64,000 bases of DNA, taken from assembly GCA_963786955.1 (NCBI GenBank), contig CAWBAT010000009.1, forward strand, positions 1-64,000, in the 5' to 3' direction. Every line of letters starts with the position of its first letter. Within the stretch, counting starts at the first letter, position 1. Under the pieces are notes generated by a model. That model had not been told where the DNA came from. It saw only the letters and a list, made by a program, of their open reading frames with translations, and did not search any database. Origin of the DNA: an uncultured Acidimicrobiia bacterium (lineage in GTDB: Bacteria; Acidobacteriota; Terriglobia; Versatilivoradales; Versatilivoraceae). Below, in pieces: positions 29,468 to 40,105 of this stretch. The position numbers were made by a program, and so were the translations under genes.

Positions 29468-32026
29468 CTAATCTTCCCATGCGATCAGCGGAAGCTCATA
29501 AGGTAGAATGGCATCTTCGTGGTACGGAACGACACGCACGGAAAACCCCCATAGCCCGCTTTGCTGGCACTGGATTTCTCCTTCATACGAGTGCAGCCCC
29601 TCTCCCATGGAGTCGACGTGCTGCATTGGAAGAGAGCGTCCGGACTGGATTTGTCTGTTTGAATCCAAACTCCCTTGAAAAATTTCCACGTGAACATTGT
29701 CAGGGAGTAAGGGTCCCAGCTTAATGATTGCTTTCACTTTGACGCTCGCTCCCACGAAGATTCCATCTGATTGAACGGTTTCGACCTTGACAACCTTGAC
29801 CTCTTTCCATTGCGGCCATACGCCGCTTCTCCAGGCTACCAGGCTCTTGGCGCGAGCAGCGCTGTCTTTTGTCAACCGTAAGTAGCGCTCGGCTGCTGGA
29901 ACATAGAAGCGATCAGCATATTCGGCGACCATCCGGTTTGAATTGAATTGTGGGCAAAGTTTCTTCATCGAACTCTTCATTTTCGTCACCCAGGATTTGG
30001 GCAAATCGTCGGAATCTCGAGTGTAGAAAAGAGGCACAACATCCTGTTCTAACAAATTGTAAAGCGCTTGGCTTTCGACTCGATCCTGGTAATCCTGATC
30101 CTCATACACCTCTCCATTTCCAATTGCCCACCCCGTCTCAGGGGAGTACCCCTCACACCACCATCCATCGAGCACTGATAAATTCAAGCCTCCATTCGCC
30201 AAAACCTTCATGCCGCTGGTGCCGCTGGCTTCCATGGGGCGTCTTGGAGTATTCAGCCAAACATCTACTCCTTGCACAAGATAACGCGCGATGGACAGAT
30301 CATAATCTTCCAGGAAAACAACATGTTTCCGGACGCGCTCATCGTGGGCAAAGTGGACAATCTCACGGATGAGTTCTTTCCCTTGGTTGTCTTGAGGGTG
30401 GGCCTTCCCTGCAAACACGATCTGGACGGGACGCTTTTCATTGGACAAAATAGCCATGAGGCGGTCTCGATCTTTTAAAATCAAATTGGCCCGTTTATAA
30501 GCAGCAAACCGGCGCGCAAATCCAATGGTCAGGTATTCTGAGTTCAGAGCGCATCGGGCAAGGCTTAATTCCGACTCGGAGGCGCCGCGCCGTTGCAACT
30601 GTTCCGTTAAGCGGCGTCTCGTATACGCCACAAAGCGTTCTTTTCGTCTTTCATGAGTTCGCCACAACTCTTGATCCGGAATTTCATTGATTCGGTCCCA
30701 TAGGGCCGAGTCGGATGGATCATCACGCCAGCCCGGTCCAAGGTATCGGTCGAAAAGGTCGCCCATTTCTCGTGAGATAAAAGATAGGGTGTGAATACCG
30801 TTTGTCACATGGCCCACAGGAATTTCGCTCTCCGGATACCCCCCCCAGACATGCTGGACCATACGGCGAGTGACTTTCCCATGAAGCTGGCTGACGCCGT
30901 TTGTAAAGGAACTATGTTTAGAAGCCAGAACAGCCATATTGAACGGTTCATTAAGGTCTGTAGCTTTTTCGCGGCCAAAAGCCATGAAATGGTCGAAATC
31001 CAGGCCTAGCTTTGATGCATACTCCCCGAAATATTTTTGCATAAGCCCCGAATCAAATTTGTCGAAACCGGCCGGTACCGGGGTATGGGTGGTGAAAATG
31101 TTTCCTGAGCATGTGGCCTGACGGGCCTCCCGGTAAGTCACACCATTCTCTTCCATGAACACGCGGGACCTTTCCAAAGCAAGAAAGGCAGAGTGTCCTT
31201 CATTCATATGACACACAGTCGGCTTTATATTGAGCGCTTTAAGCACGCGCATGCCTCCGATTCCAAGGACGATTTCCTGCTGAATCCTCATTTCCCGATC
31301 GCCGGCATAGAGGGCGTCCGTGATATCCCGGTCATTGGGCGAATTCTGGGGAATATTCGTGTCCAGTAAGATCAACGGAATCCGCCCCACTTGGACCTGC
31401 CAGACCTTGCACCACACTTTACGGCCAGGGAAATCCACATCCACCAGGAGGATTTGTCCTCCCTTATCCAGTGCTGGCCGGATCGGGAGATTGTAGAAAT
31501 CGTTTTCCGGGTAGGTCTCCTGCTGCCAACCGTCGGCGTTCAAGTACTGGCGGAAATATCCTTGTTGATAGAGCAACCCTACGCCAACCAGAGGCACTCC
31601 CAAATCGCTGCACGATTTTAAATGATCTCCGGCCAAAATTCCGAGGCCTCCCGCGTAGTTCGGTAGACACTCGGTCAGACCGAACTCTGCGGAAAAATAA
31701 GCAATTCTCAGATCTTTCCATTGAGAGAATTTCGTGCCGAACCAACCCCTGCCTTCCAAATATCTCTTTAGATCGCTATAGACCCGGTCCATGTGGGCCA
31801 AGAATGCTTCATCTTTTTCAATCTGCAGGAGGCGTTTCTGATCAATGGTTCCGAGCATCAGGGCCGGATTGTGTCCCGATTGTTCCCACAGATCCCGATC
31901 CAGTCGTCGAAACAGTTCAATAGTCCCGGAATCCCAGGCCCAGCGAAGGTTATAAGCTAGATCACTGAGACAATGAACTCGAGCGGGTAATGAAGGCACA
32001 ACATGAAAAGAATGAATCTTGGGCAT
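29468..32026 (-). CDS. glgP: Alpha-glucan (glycogen) phosphorylase
   Basis: AYFSAEFG, GGLGILAGD, HMNEGH, EASGTSGMK (PLP Lys). Confidence 0.96.
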   Translation of the reverse strand: MPKIHSFHVVPSLPARVHCLSDLAYNLRWAWDSGTIELFRRLDRDLWEQSGHNPALMLGTIDQKRLLQIEKDEAFLAHMDRVYSDLKRYLEGRGWFGTKFSQWKDLRIAYFSAEFGLTECLPNYAGGLGILAGDHLKSCSDLGVPLVGVGLLYQQGYFRQYLNADGWQQETYPENDFYNLPIRPALDKGGQILLVDVDFPGRKVWCKVWQVQVGRIPLILLDTNIPQNSPNDRDITDALYAGDREMRIQQEIVLGIGGMRVLKALNIKPTVCHMNEGHSAFLALERSRVFMEENGVTYREARQATCSGNIFTTHTPVPAGFDKFDSGLMQKYFGEYASKLGLDFDHFMAFGREKATDLNEPFNMAVLASKHSSFTNGVSQLHGKVTRRMVQHVWGGYPESEIPVGHVTNGIHTLSFISREMGDLFDRYLGPGWRDDPSDSALWDRINEIPDQELWRTHERRKERFVAYTRRRLTEQLQRRGASESELSLARCALNSEYLTIGFARRFAAYKRANLILKDRDRLMAILSNEKRPVQIVFAGKAHPQDNQGKELIREIVHFAHDERVRKHVVFLEDYDLSIARYLVQGVDVWLNTPRRPMEASGTSGMKVLANGGLNLSVLDGWWCEGYSPETGWAIGNGEVYEDQDYQDRVESQALYNLLEQDVVPLFYTRDSDDLPKSWVTKMKSSMKKLCPQFNSNRMVAEYADRFYVPAAERYLRLTKDSAARAKSLVAWRSGVWPQWKEVKVVKVETVQSDGIFVGASVKVKAIIKLGPLLPDNVHVEIFQGSLDSNRQIQSGRSLPMQHVDSMGEGLHSYEGEIQCQQSGLWGFSVRVVPYHEDAILPYELPLIAWED

Positions 32027-32336
32027 AGTATTTCTCCTGGACAGCGTCAGCGATCTTCATTTGTGGCATAAGCAATAATGCGCCCGCAAAACACTTAAAC
32101 ACTTTACCCCATTCCCCCATTTGATAAGCGATCATTCTTGGCGCCCTCATTATAACGATTGCCTGCAATATATTGAAAGGCAACGACTTTCTTAATGATA
32201 GGATAAGCCTGAGTCGGGCTGAACGCCAGGGCACAAATCCGTCTCGATTGATTGATCTAATTCCTAGGGTATAGACTGCAGACTTTTTTTTCATCATACT
32301 AACGTTGATACCCAGTCGAAAGAAATTCAAATTGCC

Positions 32337-32960
32337 ATGCGAACCCTTCCGCAATATTCTGAACTCACCTTACTTCAACCGAGTTCGGGCTATCGATTCA
32401 GTGCAGATTCTGTCTATTTGGCCGATTTCGTTCAGATATTCCCTCAAGACACTTTAGTCGATTTGTGCACTGGTGTTGGAGTCGTGCCTCTCTTAGTCCG
32501 GCAACGCTGCCATTTCAAGCAAGCTGTTGGCATTGAGTTACAAGACGAACTTTTCCAAATCGCTCGCCACAATATTGCAGCCAATCAATTGGAAGAACAG
32601 ATTCATATTTTGCAGGCCGATGTCCGAACGATCACCTCTGCGAAAATACGCGAACTGACAGCATTTGAATCCCCGGAATATTTTGACGTAATCTCCGTCA
32701 ACCCACCTTATTTTCGCCGTGGCGAAGGGAAACTAAATACTAATTGTCAAAAATCAATCGCCCGCCACGAAATCACCCTCACCCTTCCGGAATTATTGGC
32801 CACTTGTCGGAGAATTCTCCACACGGATGGTCGACTGCATCTCGCTCATCGTCGCTCAAGAGAAGCCGAGATCCTACAAGAATTAGAAGCCCACGGATTC
32901 CAACATGTTGAACGCCGTGTCGTCCTTGGCGATCTTTTACTACTCGAGTCCAGATCGTAA
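32337..32960 (+). CDS. tRNA1(Val) A37 N6-methyltransferase-like (TrmN6/YfiC family)
   Basis: YRFSADS, DLCTGVG, NPPY, IARHE. Confidence 0.85.
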   Translation: MRTLPQYSELTLLQPSSGYRFSADSVYLADFVQIFPQDTLVDLCTGVGVVPLLVRQRCHFKQAVGIELQDELFQIARHNIAANQLEEQIHILQADVRTITSAKIRELTAFESPEYFDVISVNPPYFRRGEGKLNTNCQKSIARHEITLTLPELLATCRRILHTDGRLHLAHRRSREAEILQELEAHGFQHVERRVVLGDLLLLESRS

Positions 32961-33179
32961 CATCTAACCTGTTTATGACGGGACAGGCTTTTTACTGATC
33001 CCCTTAGGTTGTCATCTGCCTATTTTCAACCTATACTGAAAGTGCGTTCCTGACCTGACTGCGACTAGATTTGCTGGCGTTACTTGAAGCCCGGATTTAC
33101 GGCAGCCTGATTCTTTCAAATTTTCCTCGTGATGGCAGAATGCCGGGAAAAGCCTAAAGTCGATAACCTTGATTACCGC

Positions 33180-33995
33180 ATGCCCCGATTAAGAAATGCC
33201 CTGAGCCTATCCGGGCTGGCGATGGCTTGTGTTCTCATGGTCTCTTTGGCACAGACCGGCCAGCTGCCAATGCGCCCGTCTCCCAGCCAACGCGCAATTC
33301 GGATTGATCTTCAGGACTCTGGCGTGAATCTTCATGAGCCCCACAAAGAGTTTAGCTTCGCCCGTCTCGTGTATAGCGGCGGTACCGGTTGGAGATCCGG
33401 GGCCTGGGCCACTGATTCTCCCAAAGCCGACATCACCTTTATCGCCGGCGTCAAGCGGCTCACAAACCTTGACGTGAGGGAATCCCAGTTCTTCATCCCT
33501 CTCACTTCTCAAGAAATCTTCAAATACCCTTTTCTCTATGCGGTCGAAGTAGGATATCTGGAATTGTCGCGGGAGGAGGCTGACATCTTGAGGGAATACC
33601 TTCTCAGGGGAGGGTTCTTCGTCGTCGACGATTTTCATGGGACAAAAGAATGGTCCCACTTCGAAGAACAGCTTCGAAAAGTCTTTCCAAATTGTAAGAT
33701 CGAAGAAATTCCATCCACCCATCCAATCTTCCATTGTTTCTTCGATATCAATGAATTGATCCAAGTCCCTGGTGCGCAAATGCTCTATTCGGGGAGAACC
33801 TATGAGAAAGATGGCGTGGTGCCTCATTTTCGAGGTGTGTTGGATGAAAATGGCCGGATCATGGTCATGATCAATTTCAATTCGGATTTAGGAGATGCGT
33901 GGGAGTGGGCCGACGTCCCGTATTATCCGGAGAAGTATGCTACCGCGGCCTACCGACTCGGGATTAATTACATTATCTATTCCATGTCGCACTAA
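33180..33995 (+). CDS. DUF4159 domain protein, exported
   Basis: FARLVY, WATDSP, LREYLLRGGFFVVDDF, DLGDAWEW, RLGINYIIYSMSH. The ORF could start at 33129. Confidence 0.88.
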   Translation: MPRLRNALSLSGLAMACVLMVSLAQTGQLPMRPSPSQRAIRIDLQDSGVNLHEPHKEFSFARLVYSGGTGWRSGAWATDSPKADITFIAGVKRLTNLDVRESQFFIPLTSQEIFKYPFLYAVEVGYLELSREEADILREYLLRGGFFVVDDFHGTKEWSHFEEQLRKVFPNCKIEEIPSTHPIFHCFFDINELIQVPGAQMLYSGRTYEKDGVVPHFRGVLDENGRIMVMINFNSDLGDAWEWADVPYYPEKYATAAYRLGINYIIYSMSH

Positions 33996-36278
33996 ATGAA
34001 TGCTCTTTTCCAGTCATTTTTCAAATACAGCTGGCAGGCCTATCGAAAAGGGCACTTGGGTTTTGACACGGCTCTGCCTTCTATTATCCTCATTGTCCTG
34101 GGCTCGTTGATTCTGGGAGTGGGGTTCTTCTCCTACAGAAAGCGCCCGCGAAACCTCCCAGAGGAAAAGAATTTTTCGGTCTACCGGGGCATTCTCATTT
34201 TTCTCCGGACCGCCGCATTGTTCCTTATCTTTGGCATCTTGGCCCGCCCAGTATTACGCGTATCCACATTACTACCGCGCGAGAATATCGTTGTCCTGCT
34301 GTTTGATGATTCCCGAAGCATGACCCTTCCGGATGAAAAAGGACTACCGCGCCTCACCGCTGTCAAGAACTTTTTGGCTCATTCGCATTTTCTGGATGAC
34401 GTCGGCAACCGGTTTCGATTCCGACTTTTAAAATTTGCGCAGGAAGTCGAGGGAGTCGATTCCTTCAACGCTCTCGACGGGAAAGGAGACCTCACCCGGC
34501 TGGATAATGCTCTGAGTCGCGTGCTGCTCGAATTTGAAAATGAACCCCTTGCCGCCGTTGTCCTCTTCAGTGATGGCGCGGACAATGCCTCACAGTCGTT
34601 CAGCCCGGTGATGCAGCGCTATCAGGCGCGACGAATCCCGCTTTATGCCTGTGGCATCGGCCGGACGACGATGGGCCCAGATGTTGAGGTTCTTCATGTG
34701 ACCCCGGTCAGGAAAGCTTTGCCTGAATCGATTGTCTCAACCGATGTGACCTTGCGGTCGAATGGTTATGACAGCAAAACAGTCCATCTTGAACTAAGGG
34801 AGGACAGACGACTTGTTCAGACCAAGGAGGTCAAACTCAGCGGTCATCAGGAGCCTCAGTCAGTCAATATTCATTTTGCGGTGGCCGGAAAAGGTTTAAA
34901 ACAATACACGGTTTCCATCGACCGACTTCCAGGTGAAGCCAATCCAGCCAATAATTCGCAGCACTTTCTTCTCGACGTCGATGATTCGAAACCCTCAATT
35001 CTCTATTTGGAAGGAACCCCTCGCTGGGAATTTAAGTTCATTCGCCAGGCCGTGGCTCAGGACAAGAATCTTCAGTTGATGAGCCTATTGAGGACCTCCG
35101 GCAACAAATTTTACCGCCAAGGGATTGCCTCAGAAGCTAACCTGGCCGCAGGATTTCCGAGCACCCGTGAGGAACTCTTCCAATATAAGGGACTGATCTT
35201 CGGAAGTGTTGAATCTTCTTTCTTTTCAAAAGAACAACTCACATTGGTCGCAGAATTCGTAGCCAAACGAGGCGGTGGATTTATGATGTTGGGAGGGAAA
35301 CATTCTTTTGATGAAGGAAAGTTTTCCAATTCACCGATTGCGGATATTTTGCCGGTTGTCCTTGGAGGCAGCGAACCGGGAAAGTCGTATGTGATGGAGC
35401 CGATCAAGCTACAGCTCACCGATTATGGAAGATCCCATCCGCTGACTCAGCTCAGTTCGGAAGAAGTCCAAAGTGAACAAAAATGGAAAACACTCCCGGA
35501 TATTGAGGAATTTAACTGGGTTAGAGAAGCCAAACCCGGTGCCCTGGTTCTGGCAACGGGGAATTCCACACGGGGAAAGGCTATTCTCCTCGCGCTTCAA
35601 AGATATGGACGCGGACGGACCATGGCCTTTACACCGTCCGATTCATGGCTGTGGCAAATGGAAAGGCCTCATGAAGACAATACGTATGAAACTTTCTGGA
35701 GGCAAGGGCTCCGGTGGCTTGTCAATTCCAGCCCGGATCTGATTAACCTGGAATTGGAAAAGACCTCTTTTTTCCACCAAGAAATCATTCCGCTGACCGT
35801 CCAAGTCTATGATCGTGAGTACAATCCCGTTAACGATGCTTCAGTCGTCGCGACGATCATTCAGCCACAGGGAAGTCCGGCAGCTGTTCCGTTGCGTCGG
35901 CTACCCGATCAAGAGGGGCGCTATGCTGCAGAGTTTGTTCCGGGTGAGCCTGGCATTTTCAAGATCCAACTGGCTGCAACCCGCAATGGGTTCAATTTGG
36001 GTTCGGCAGAGGAGCATTTTTCAGTCACCCCGGATAGCCTTGAGCTCTATGATGCCGCTCAAAACAAGGAGCTCCTGAAAAGACTTTCGAAGGACACTGG
36101 TGGACGTTACTACACTCTCGCAAATGCCTCTCAGATTCCGGAAGAAATGACTTATATCGAGCGTCCGAATTCCCTGCCCCACACCTTACCCCTGTGGGAC
36201 GTACCCGCACTCTTTCTGACCCTATGCTTCTTGCTCATTTCAGAATGGAGTATCAGAAAACAAATGCGATTGTCATGA
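33996..36278 (+). CDS. Membrane protein with vWA and glutamine-amidotransferase-like (GATase1/DUF1355) domains
   Basis: Two N-terminal TMs, DDSRSM MIDAS, LFSDG, RGGGFMMLGG, YGRGR, C-terminal TM with EWSIRK. Confidence 0.85.
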   Translation: MNALFQSFFKYSWQAYRKGHLGFDTALPSIILIVLGSLILGVGFFSYRKRPRNLPEEKNFSVYRGILIFLRTAALFLIFGILARPVLRVSTLLPRENIVVLLFDDSRSMTLPDEKGLPRLTAVKNFLAHSHFLDDVGNRFRFRLLKFAQEVEGVDSFNALDGKGDLTRLDNALSRVLLEFENEPLAAVVLFSDGADNASQSFSPVMQRYQARRIPLYACGIGRTTMGPDVEVLHVTPVRKALPESIVSTDVTLRSNGYDSKTVHLELREDRRLVQTKEVKLSGHQEPQSVNIHFAVAGKGLKQYTVSIDRLPGEANPANNSQHFLLDVDDSKPSILYLEGTPRWEFKFIRQAVAQDKNLQLMSLLRTSGNKFYRQGIASEANLAAGFPSTREELFQYKGLIFGSVESSFFSKEQLTLVAEFVAKRGGGFMMLGGKHSFDEGKFSNSPIADILPVVLGGSEPGKSYVMEPIKLQLTDYGRSHPLTQLSSEEVQSEQKWKTLPDIEEFNWVREAKPGALVLATGNSTRGKAILLALQRYGRGRTMAFTPSDSWLWQMERPHEDNTYETFWRQGLRWLVNSSPDLINLELEKTSFFHQEIIPLTVQVYDREYNPVNDASVVATIIQPQGSPAAVPLRRLPDQEGRYAAEFVPGEPGIFKIQLAATRNGFNLGSAEEHFSVTPDSLELYDAAQNKELLKRLSKDTGGRYYTLANASQIPEEMTYIERPNSLPHTLPLWDVPALFLTLCFLLISEWSIRKQMRLS

Positions 36279-37393
36279 AGAAAAGCTGTTACTTTGAAGA
36301 AACTTTTGCAGATGGGAGCGCCCAATTCAGAGCAACCTGTCGCAAATTCGCGGCGGGCCTGCGACGGCAGACCTGGAGGAAGCTCTGGCGCTATCGTATC
36401 GGCATCTTGCTCTGGTTCAGTCTCGCTCCGTATTTAGCCTTCGCCCAGCCTGAACATTTTGCGCTGCTCGTGACAGGAGCTTCCGGCAACGACGAGTCAC
36501 ACGACAAGTTTTCGAAATGGTCAACGCAGCTCCTCGAAATATTACAAAAAGATTTGCTGTATCCTCGTGACCATATTTATTTCTTGACCGAGACCCCCGA
36601 CCCCAACTCATTGGCTCCCAAGTTCAGCGCCACAAAGACCCAGCTTGCCAGGACTTTCGATGAACTCCGGGCGCGCTTGAAAAAGGGTGATCTGCTCTTC
36701 ATCGTCCTTTTGGGACATGCTAGCTTTGACGGGATGGATTACAAATTCAATTTGGTCGGACCGGATTTGACCGGTGCTGAATTGAGATTCTGGCTCGACC
36801 GATTTAGCCTCCAAACTCTGGCAATCGTCGCTGCAACGCCTTGCAGTGGTATATTGTCGCGGCAACTCAGCCTCAACAATCGAATGTTAATCACCGCCAC
36901 CAAAAGCGAGTTCGAGAATAACAACATCATTTTCCCCGAATTCTTGATTGAGGCTCTCAAAGATAAGAATGCCGATCGTGACAAAAATCTGCATGTTTCG
37001 TTTCTTGAGGCTTTCCTCTTTTCGTCGCAAAAGACCGCATCCTGGTATAAAGAACGGGGCTTGCTAGCTACTGAACATCCCACTCTTGAAGATAACGGGA
37101 GTCAAACACCTGCCACAGAACTTTCACTTTCAAACCCAGATGGATTGCAAGCCGCATATTGTTTCTTGGATCATCCCATTGCCGAACCGAAGCCCACAAG
37201 TACGACTGCCATCGCCAATGCGGAGCTCGACGCCCTGGATCGGCAGAGACGCCGCACGGAAGAATTAATCCGCGAGCTTAAGAACAAGAAGGCGACTCTT
37301 GCAGAAGCGGAGTATTTAAAGCAGCTTGAAACTTTGCTGATTCAACTTGCGAAGATCACCCAGAAAGTCCGGGATCTAGAGAAAAAGAAATAG
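36275..37393 (+). CDS. Hypothetical exported protein with caspase/clan-CD-like fold signature and C-terminal coiled coil
   Basis: ALLVTG, FIVLLGHA, IVAATPCSG and LITAT strand pattern. ATGA overlap with the upstream gene. Confidence 0.75.
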   Translation: MKKSCYFEETFADGSAQFRATCRKFAAGLRRQTWRKLWRYRIGILLWFSLAPYLAFAQPEHFALLVTGASGNDESHDKFSKWSTQLLEILQKDLLYPRDHIYFLTETPDPNSLAPKFSATKTQLARTFDELRARLKKGDLLFIVLLGHASFDGMDYKFNLVGPDLTGAELRFWLDRFSLQTLAIVAATPCSGILSRQLSLNNRMLITATKSEFENNNIIFPEFLIEALKDKNADRDKNLHVSFLEAFLFSSQKTASWYKERGLLATEHPTLEDNGSQTPATELSLSNPDGLQAAYCFLDHPIAEPKPTSTTAIANAELDALDRQRRRTEELIRELKNKKATLAEAEYLKQLETLLIQLAKITQKVRDLEKKK

Positions 37394-37397
37394 ACTG

Positions 37398-40028
37398 ATG
37401 CGAGCATTTTTTCTGGACATATTTCTGTTGTTGTTTGCCTTCCCGTTTCAAGTTGCAAACCGCCCCCCCGAGACGGATCTGTCGGCTGCCTTTAGTCTGA
37501 AAAGTCAGGGTAAATACCAGGAAGCCGCCGGGATTTTTGAAAGATTTGTATCGGGGCCTGATTCCGCACCCGGGAGTGCAGCCCGGGAAGGGTGGTTAGA
37601 GTGTTTATGGATGAGTGGCCATTATGCAAAGGTCATTGAACTTGGTTCTCTATTTGAGCAGGAATCTCCTGGCGACTCCCGAATTCAGCTGATCGTGGCC
37701 AAGGCTTTTCAGAGTCAGGGGCAAAATAGTGTGGCTGAATCTTTTTTCCGAAAGGCTGCTAAGGCGCCAAGTCCCTTCGGATTTAAGGCACAAGTAGAAC
37801 TGGCTCTGCATCTTAGATCGGTCGGAAAGCAGGCAGAATGCCAGGCTCTTTTTTCGGTAATTTTGGCAGCTCTGAACGACCGAGGGAATAACCCCGTGGG
37901 ATTGACGGCCGTCGTTCTCCAAAATCTGGACCGATATCGCGAGGCAGATTTCTTCTTCAAAAAGGCCACTGCAAATAACCCGATGGATTGGGATACTTGG
38001 ATCGCCTGGGGTGACCTCTACCTGGAAAAATACAACCCGACGGATGCTGCGACAATTTTTTCTGATGTGCTCAAACAGAATTCGAGTCATCCGGATGCCC
38101 TCGTGGGCCTGTCTTTGTCGATGAGCGAAGGCCAGGCACAGGAAGTCGATCAAATTCTGGAGCGGGCACTTCAGGTCAATCCGAATTTTGCAAAGGCGTA
38201 CGCGGTGAGAGCTCACTTTCGCATTCAAGCTGAAAATTACCTTGGAGCTGAGAGCGATTTGAACCAATGCTTCGCCGTAAATCCCAATTCGTTAAAGGGA
38301 CTCGTGTCACAGGCCGTCTTATCCTTTGCCAAGGATGACCTTGCAAACGTAAAGGCGACTCTTGACCGAGTTTTCGATATCAATCCTTCTTACGGAGAAG
38401 TCTATGAAGCCCTTGGGCATTTCTGTGTGACCCAACACTCATACGAAGAAGCGGTTCAGTTCTTCCAAAAGGCAATTCAGAGACAGCCTCGTCTCTGGAC
38501 CGCCTATGCAGCGCTTGGCGTCAACTTACTTCGGACCGGTGATGAACTTCAGGCCAGAACAATCCTGGAGCTGGCTTTTAAGAATGACCCCTACAATCTA
38601 TGGGCCTTCAACACCCTCAAGTTGCTGGACAGCCACGCCAATTTTGATTCTTTCCGAAGCTCCCACTTCATTTTGCGACTCCAGAAGAAAGAAGCTGCGC
38701 TCCTGGAGCTTTATGTCCCCCAACTCTTAGAGCAGGCCTATCAGAGCCTGTCGGGAAAATACAGGTTTACCCCACCCACAGGGATTTATCTTGATATGTA
38801 CCCCGATCATGAGGACTTTGCCGTTCGAGCTCTCGGTGTGCCCGGTTTGGGAGCATTGGGCGTCTGTTTTGGCACCGGAATCGTTATGGACTCTCCAAGT
38901 GCCCGCCCCAAAGGAGGTTTCAACTGGGGAAGCACGCTTTGGCATGAATTTGCGCATATTATTACCATGGGGCTTACCGAACACCATGTTCCCCGTTGGC
39001 TCACTGAGGGCATATCCGTAATGGAGGAAAAAGAGGCAAAACCAGGCTGGGGAGGCGACGTGAATCTTGAGGTCATCAAGGCCATTCAAGGCGGAAAAAT
39101 TCTTCCAATTACTAAACTTGATTCCGGCTTTCTGCGGCCGAATTTTCCGGGTCAAGTCCAACTTTCCTACTTCCAAGCTGGTGAGGTCTGTCAAATGATT
39201 GCGCAAGACTTCGGGCTCAGTGCGCTCCAGCAAATGTTGCAGCGTTTCAAGGTTAAAGTGACACTCCCGGAAGTTTTAAACGAAGTCTTACAACTCAGCC
39301 CTGAAGCGTTTGACTCAAAATTCTCTGCCTTTCTCCGCTCACGTTATGGAAGAGCAGTGAAGGGAATCGATTTCTCACTCCAAAGTGAAAACCCAATGCC
39401 AAATGATCCAGACAGACTCAAGGCTATCCTGCAACGGCAACCGGATAATTTCTTTGCCAACCTCAGTCTGGCAAGCTATTATCGCCGGCAAAAGGAATAT
39501 GACCGTGCTATTCCCTGTTTGACTGCGGCTAAGGCGGTTTTTCCAAATTATGTCGACGACGAAAACCCATACAAACAACTCAGTCAAATCTACGCTGAGA
39601 AAGGGTTATTGCCAGAAGCCATCGGTGAACTGCTGGCCCTTGCCCAAAGAAGCGACAGGGACTTCGATTCTTTCAAGCAGTTGGCCACATGGCTGATCCA
39701 GAGCAATAGACAAGAAGAAGCCAAAGAAATATTAGAACGCACGATCTATATTGATCCATTTGATTCCGTGACCCATCAGAACCTGGCTGAACTTTCTTTC
39801 AGACAGGGCGACTTCGCTGTCGCTTTGCGTGAATATCGTGCCCTGCTCTTTCTCAGTCCGGAGGACCCAGCGAAAGCTCATTTCAATGTCGCGAAAGTTT
39901 TGCTGGAGATGGGACAACGACCAGAGGCCAGGAAGGAAATTCTGCAATCGCTTGAAATTGCTCCCAGTTATGATCCGGCTCTCGATCTTTTACTGAGGAC
40001 ATCGGACTCGACCGACCGGAACCATTAA
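37398..40028 (+). CDS. TPR protein with central gluzincin (peptidase MA-like) domain
   Basis: TPR arrays on both sides of WHEFAH...WLTEG, plus a signal peptide. Confidence 0.88.
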   Translation: MRAFFLDIFLLLFAFPFQVANRPPETDLSAAFSLKSQGKYQEAAGIFERFVSGPDSAPGSAAREGWLECLWMSGHYAKVIELGSLFEQESPGDSRIQLIVAKAFQSQGQNSVAESFFRKAAKAPSPFGFKAQVELALHLRSVGKQAECQALFSVILAALNDRGNNPVGLTAVVLQNLDRYREADFFFKKATANNPMDWDTWIAWGDLYLEKYNPTDAATIFSDVLKQNSSHPDALVGLSLSMSEGQAQEVDQILERALQVNPNFAKAYAVRAHFRIQAENYLGAESDLNQCFAVNPNSLKGLVSQAVLSFAKDDLANVKATLDRVFDINPSYGEVYEALGHFCVTQHSYEEAVQFFQKAIQRQPRLWTAYAALGVNLLRTGDELQARTILELAFKNDPYNLWAFNTLKLLDSHANFDSFRSSHFILRLQKKEAALLELYVPQLLEQAYQSLSGKYRFTPPTGIYLDMYPDHEDFAVRALGVPGLGALGVCFGTGIVMDSPSARPKGGFNWGSTLWHEFAHIITMGLTEHHVPRWLTEGISVMEEKEAKPGWGGDVNLEVIKAIQGGKILPITKLDSGFLRPNFPGQVQLSYFQAGEVCQMIAQDFGLSALQQMLQRFKVKVTLPEVLNEVLQLSPEAFDSKFSAFLRSRYGRAVKGIDFSLQSENPMPNDPDRLKAILQRQPDNFFANLSLASYYRRQKEYDRAIPCLTAAKAVFPNYVDDENPYKQLSQIYAEKGLLPEAIGELLALAQRSDRDFDSFKQLATWLIQSNRQEEAKEILERTIYIDPFDSVTHQNLAELSFRQGDFAVALREYRALLFLSPEDPAKAHFNVAKVLLEMGQRPEARKEILQSLEIAPSYDPALDLLLRTSDSTDRNH

Positions 40029-40105
40029 ATGAGCGGGAGTAAGCATTTGCCACCTCTTAGAGCCGCGGAAGAATTCAAGCTGTCCGATTGATTTTATCAA
40101 ACCTT

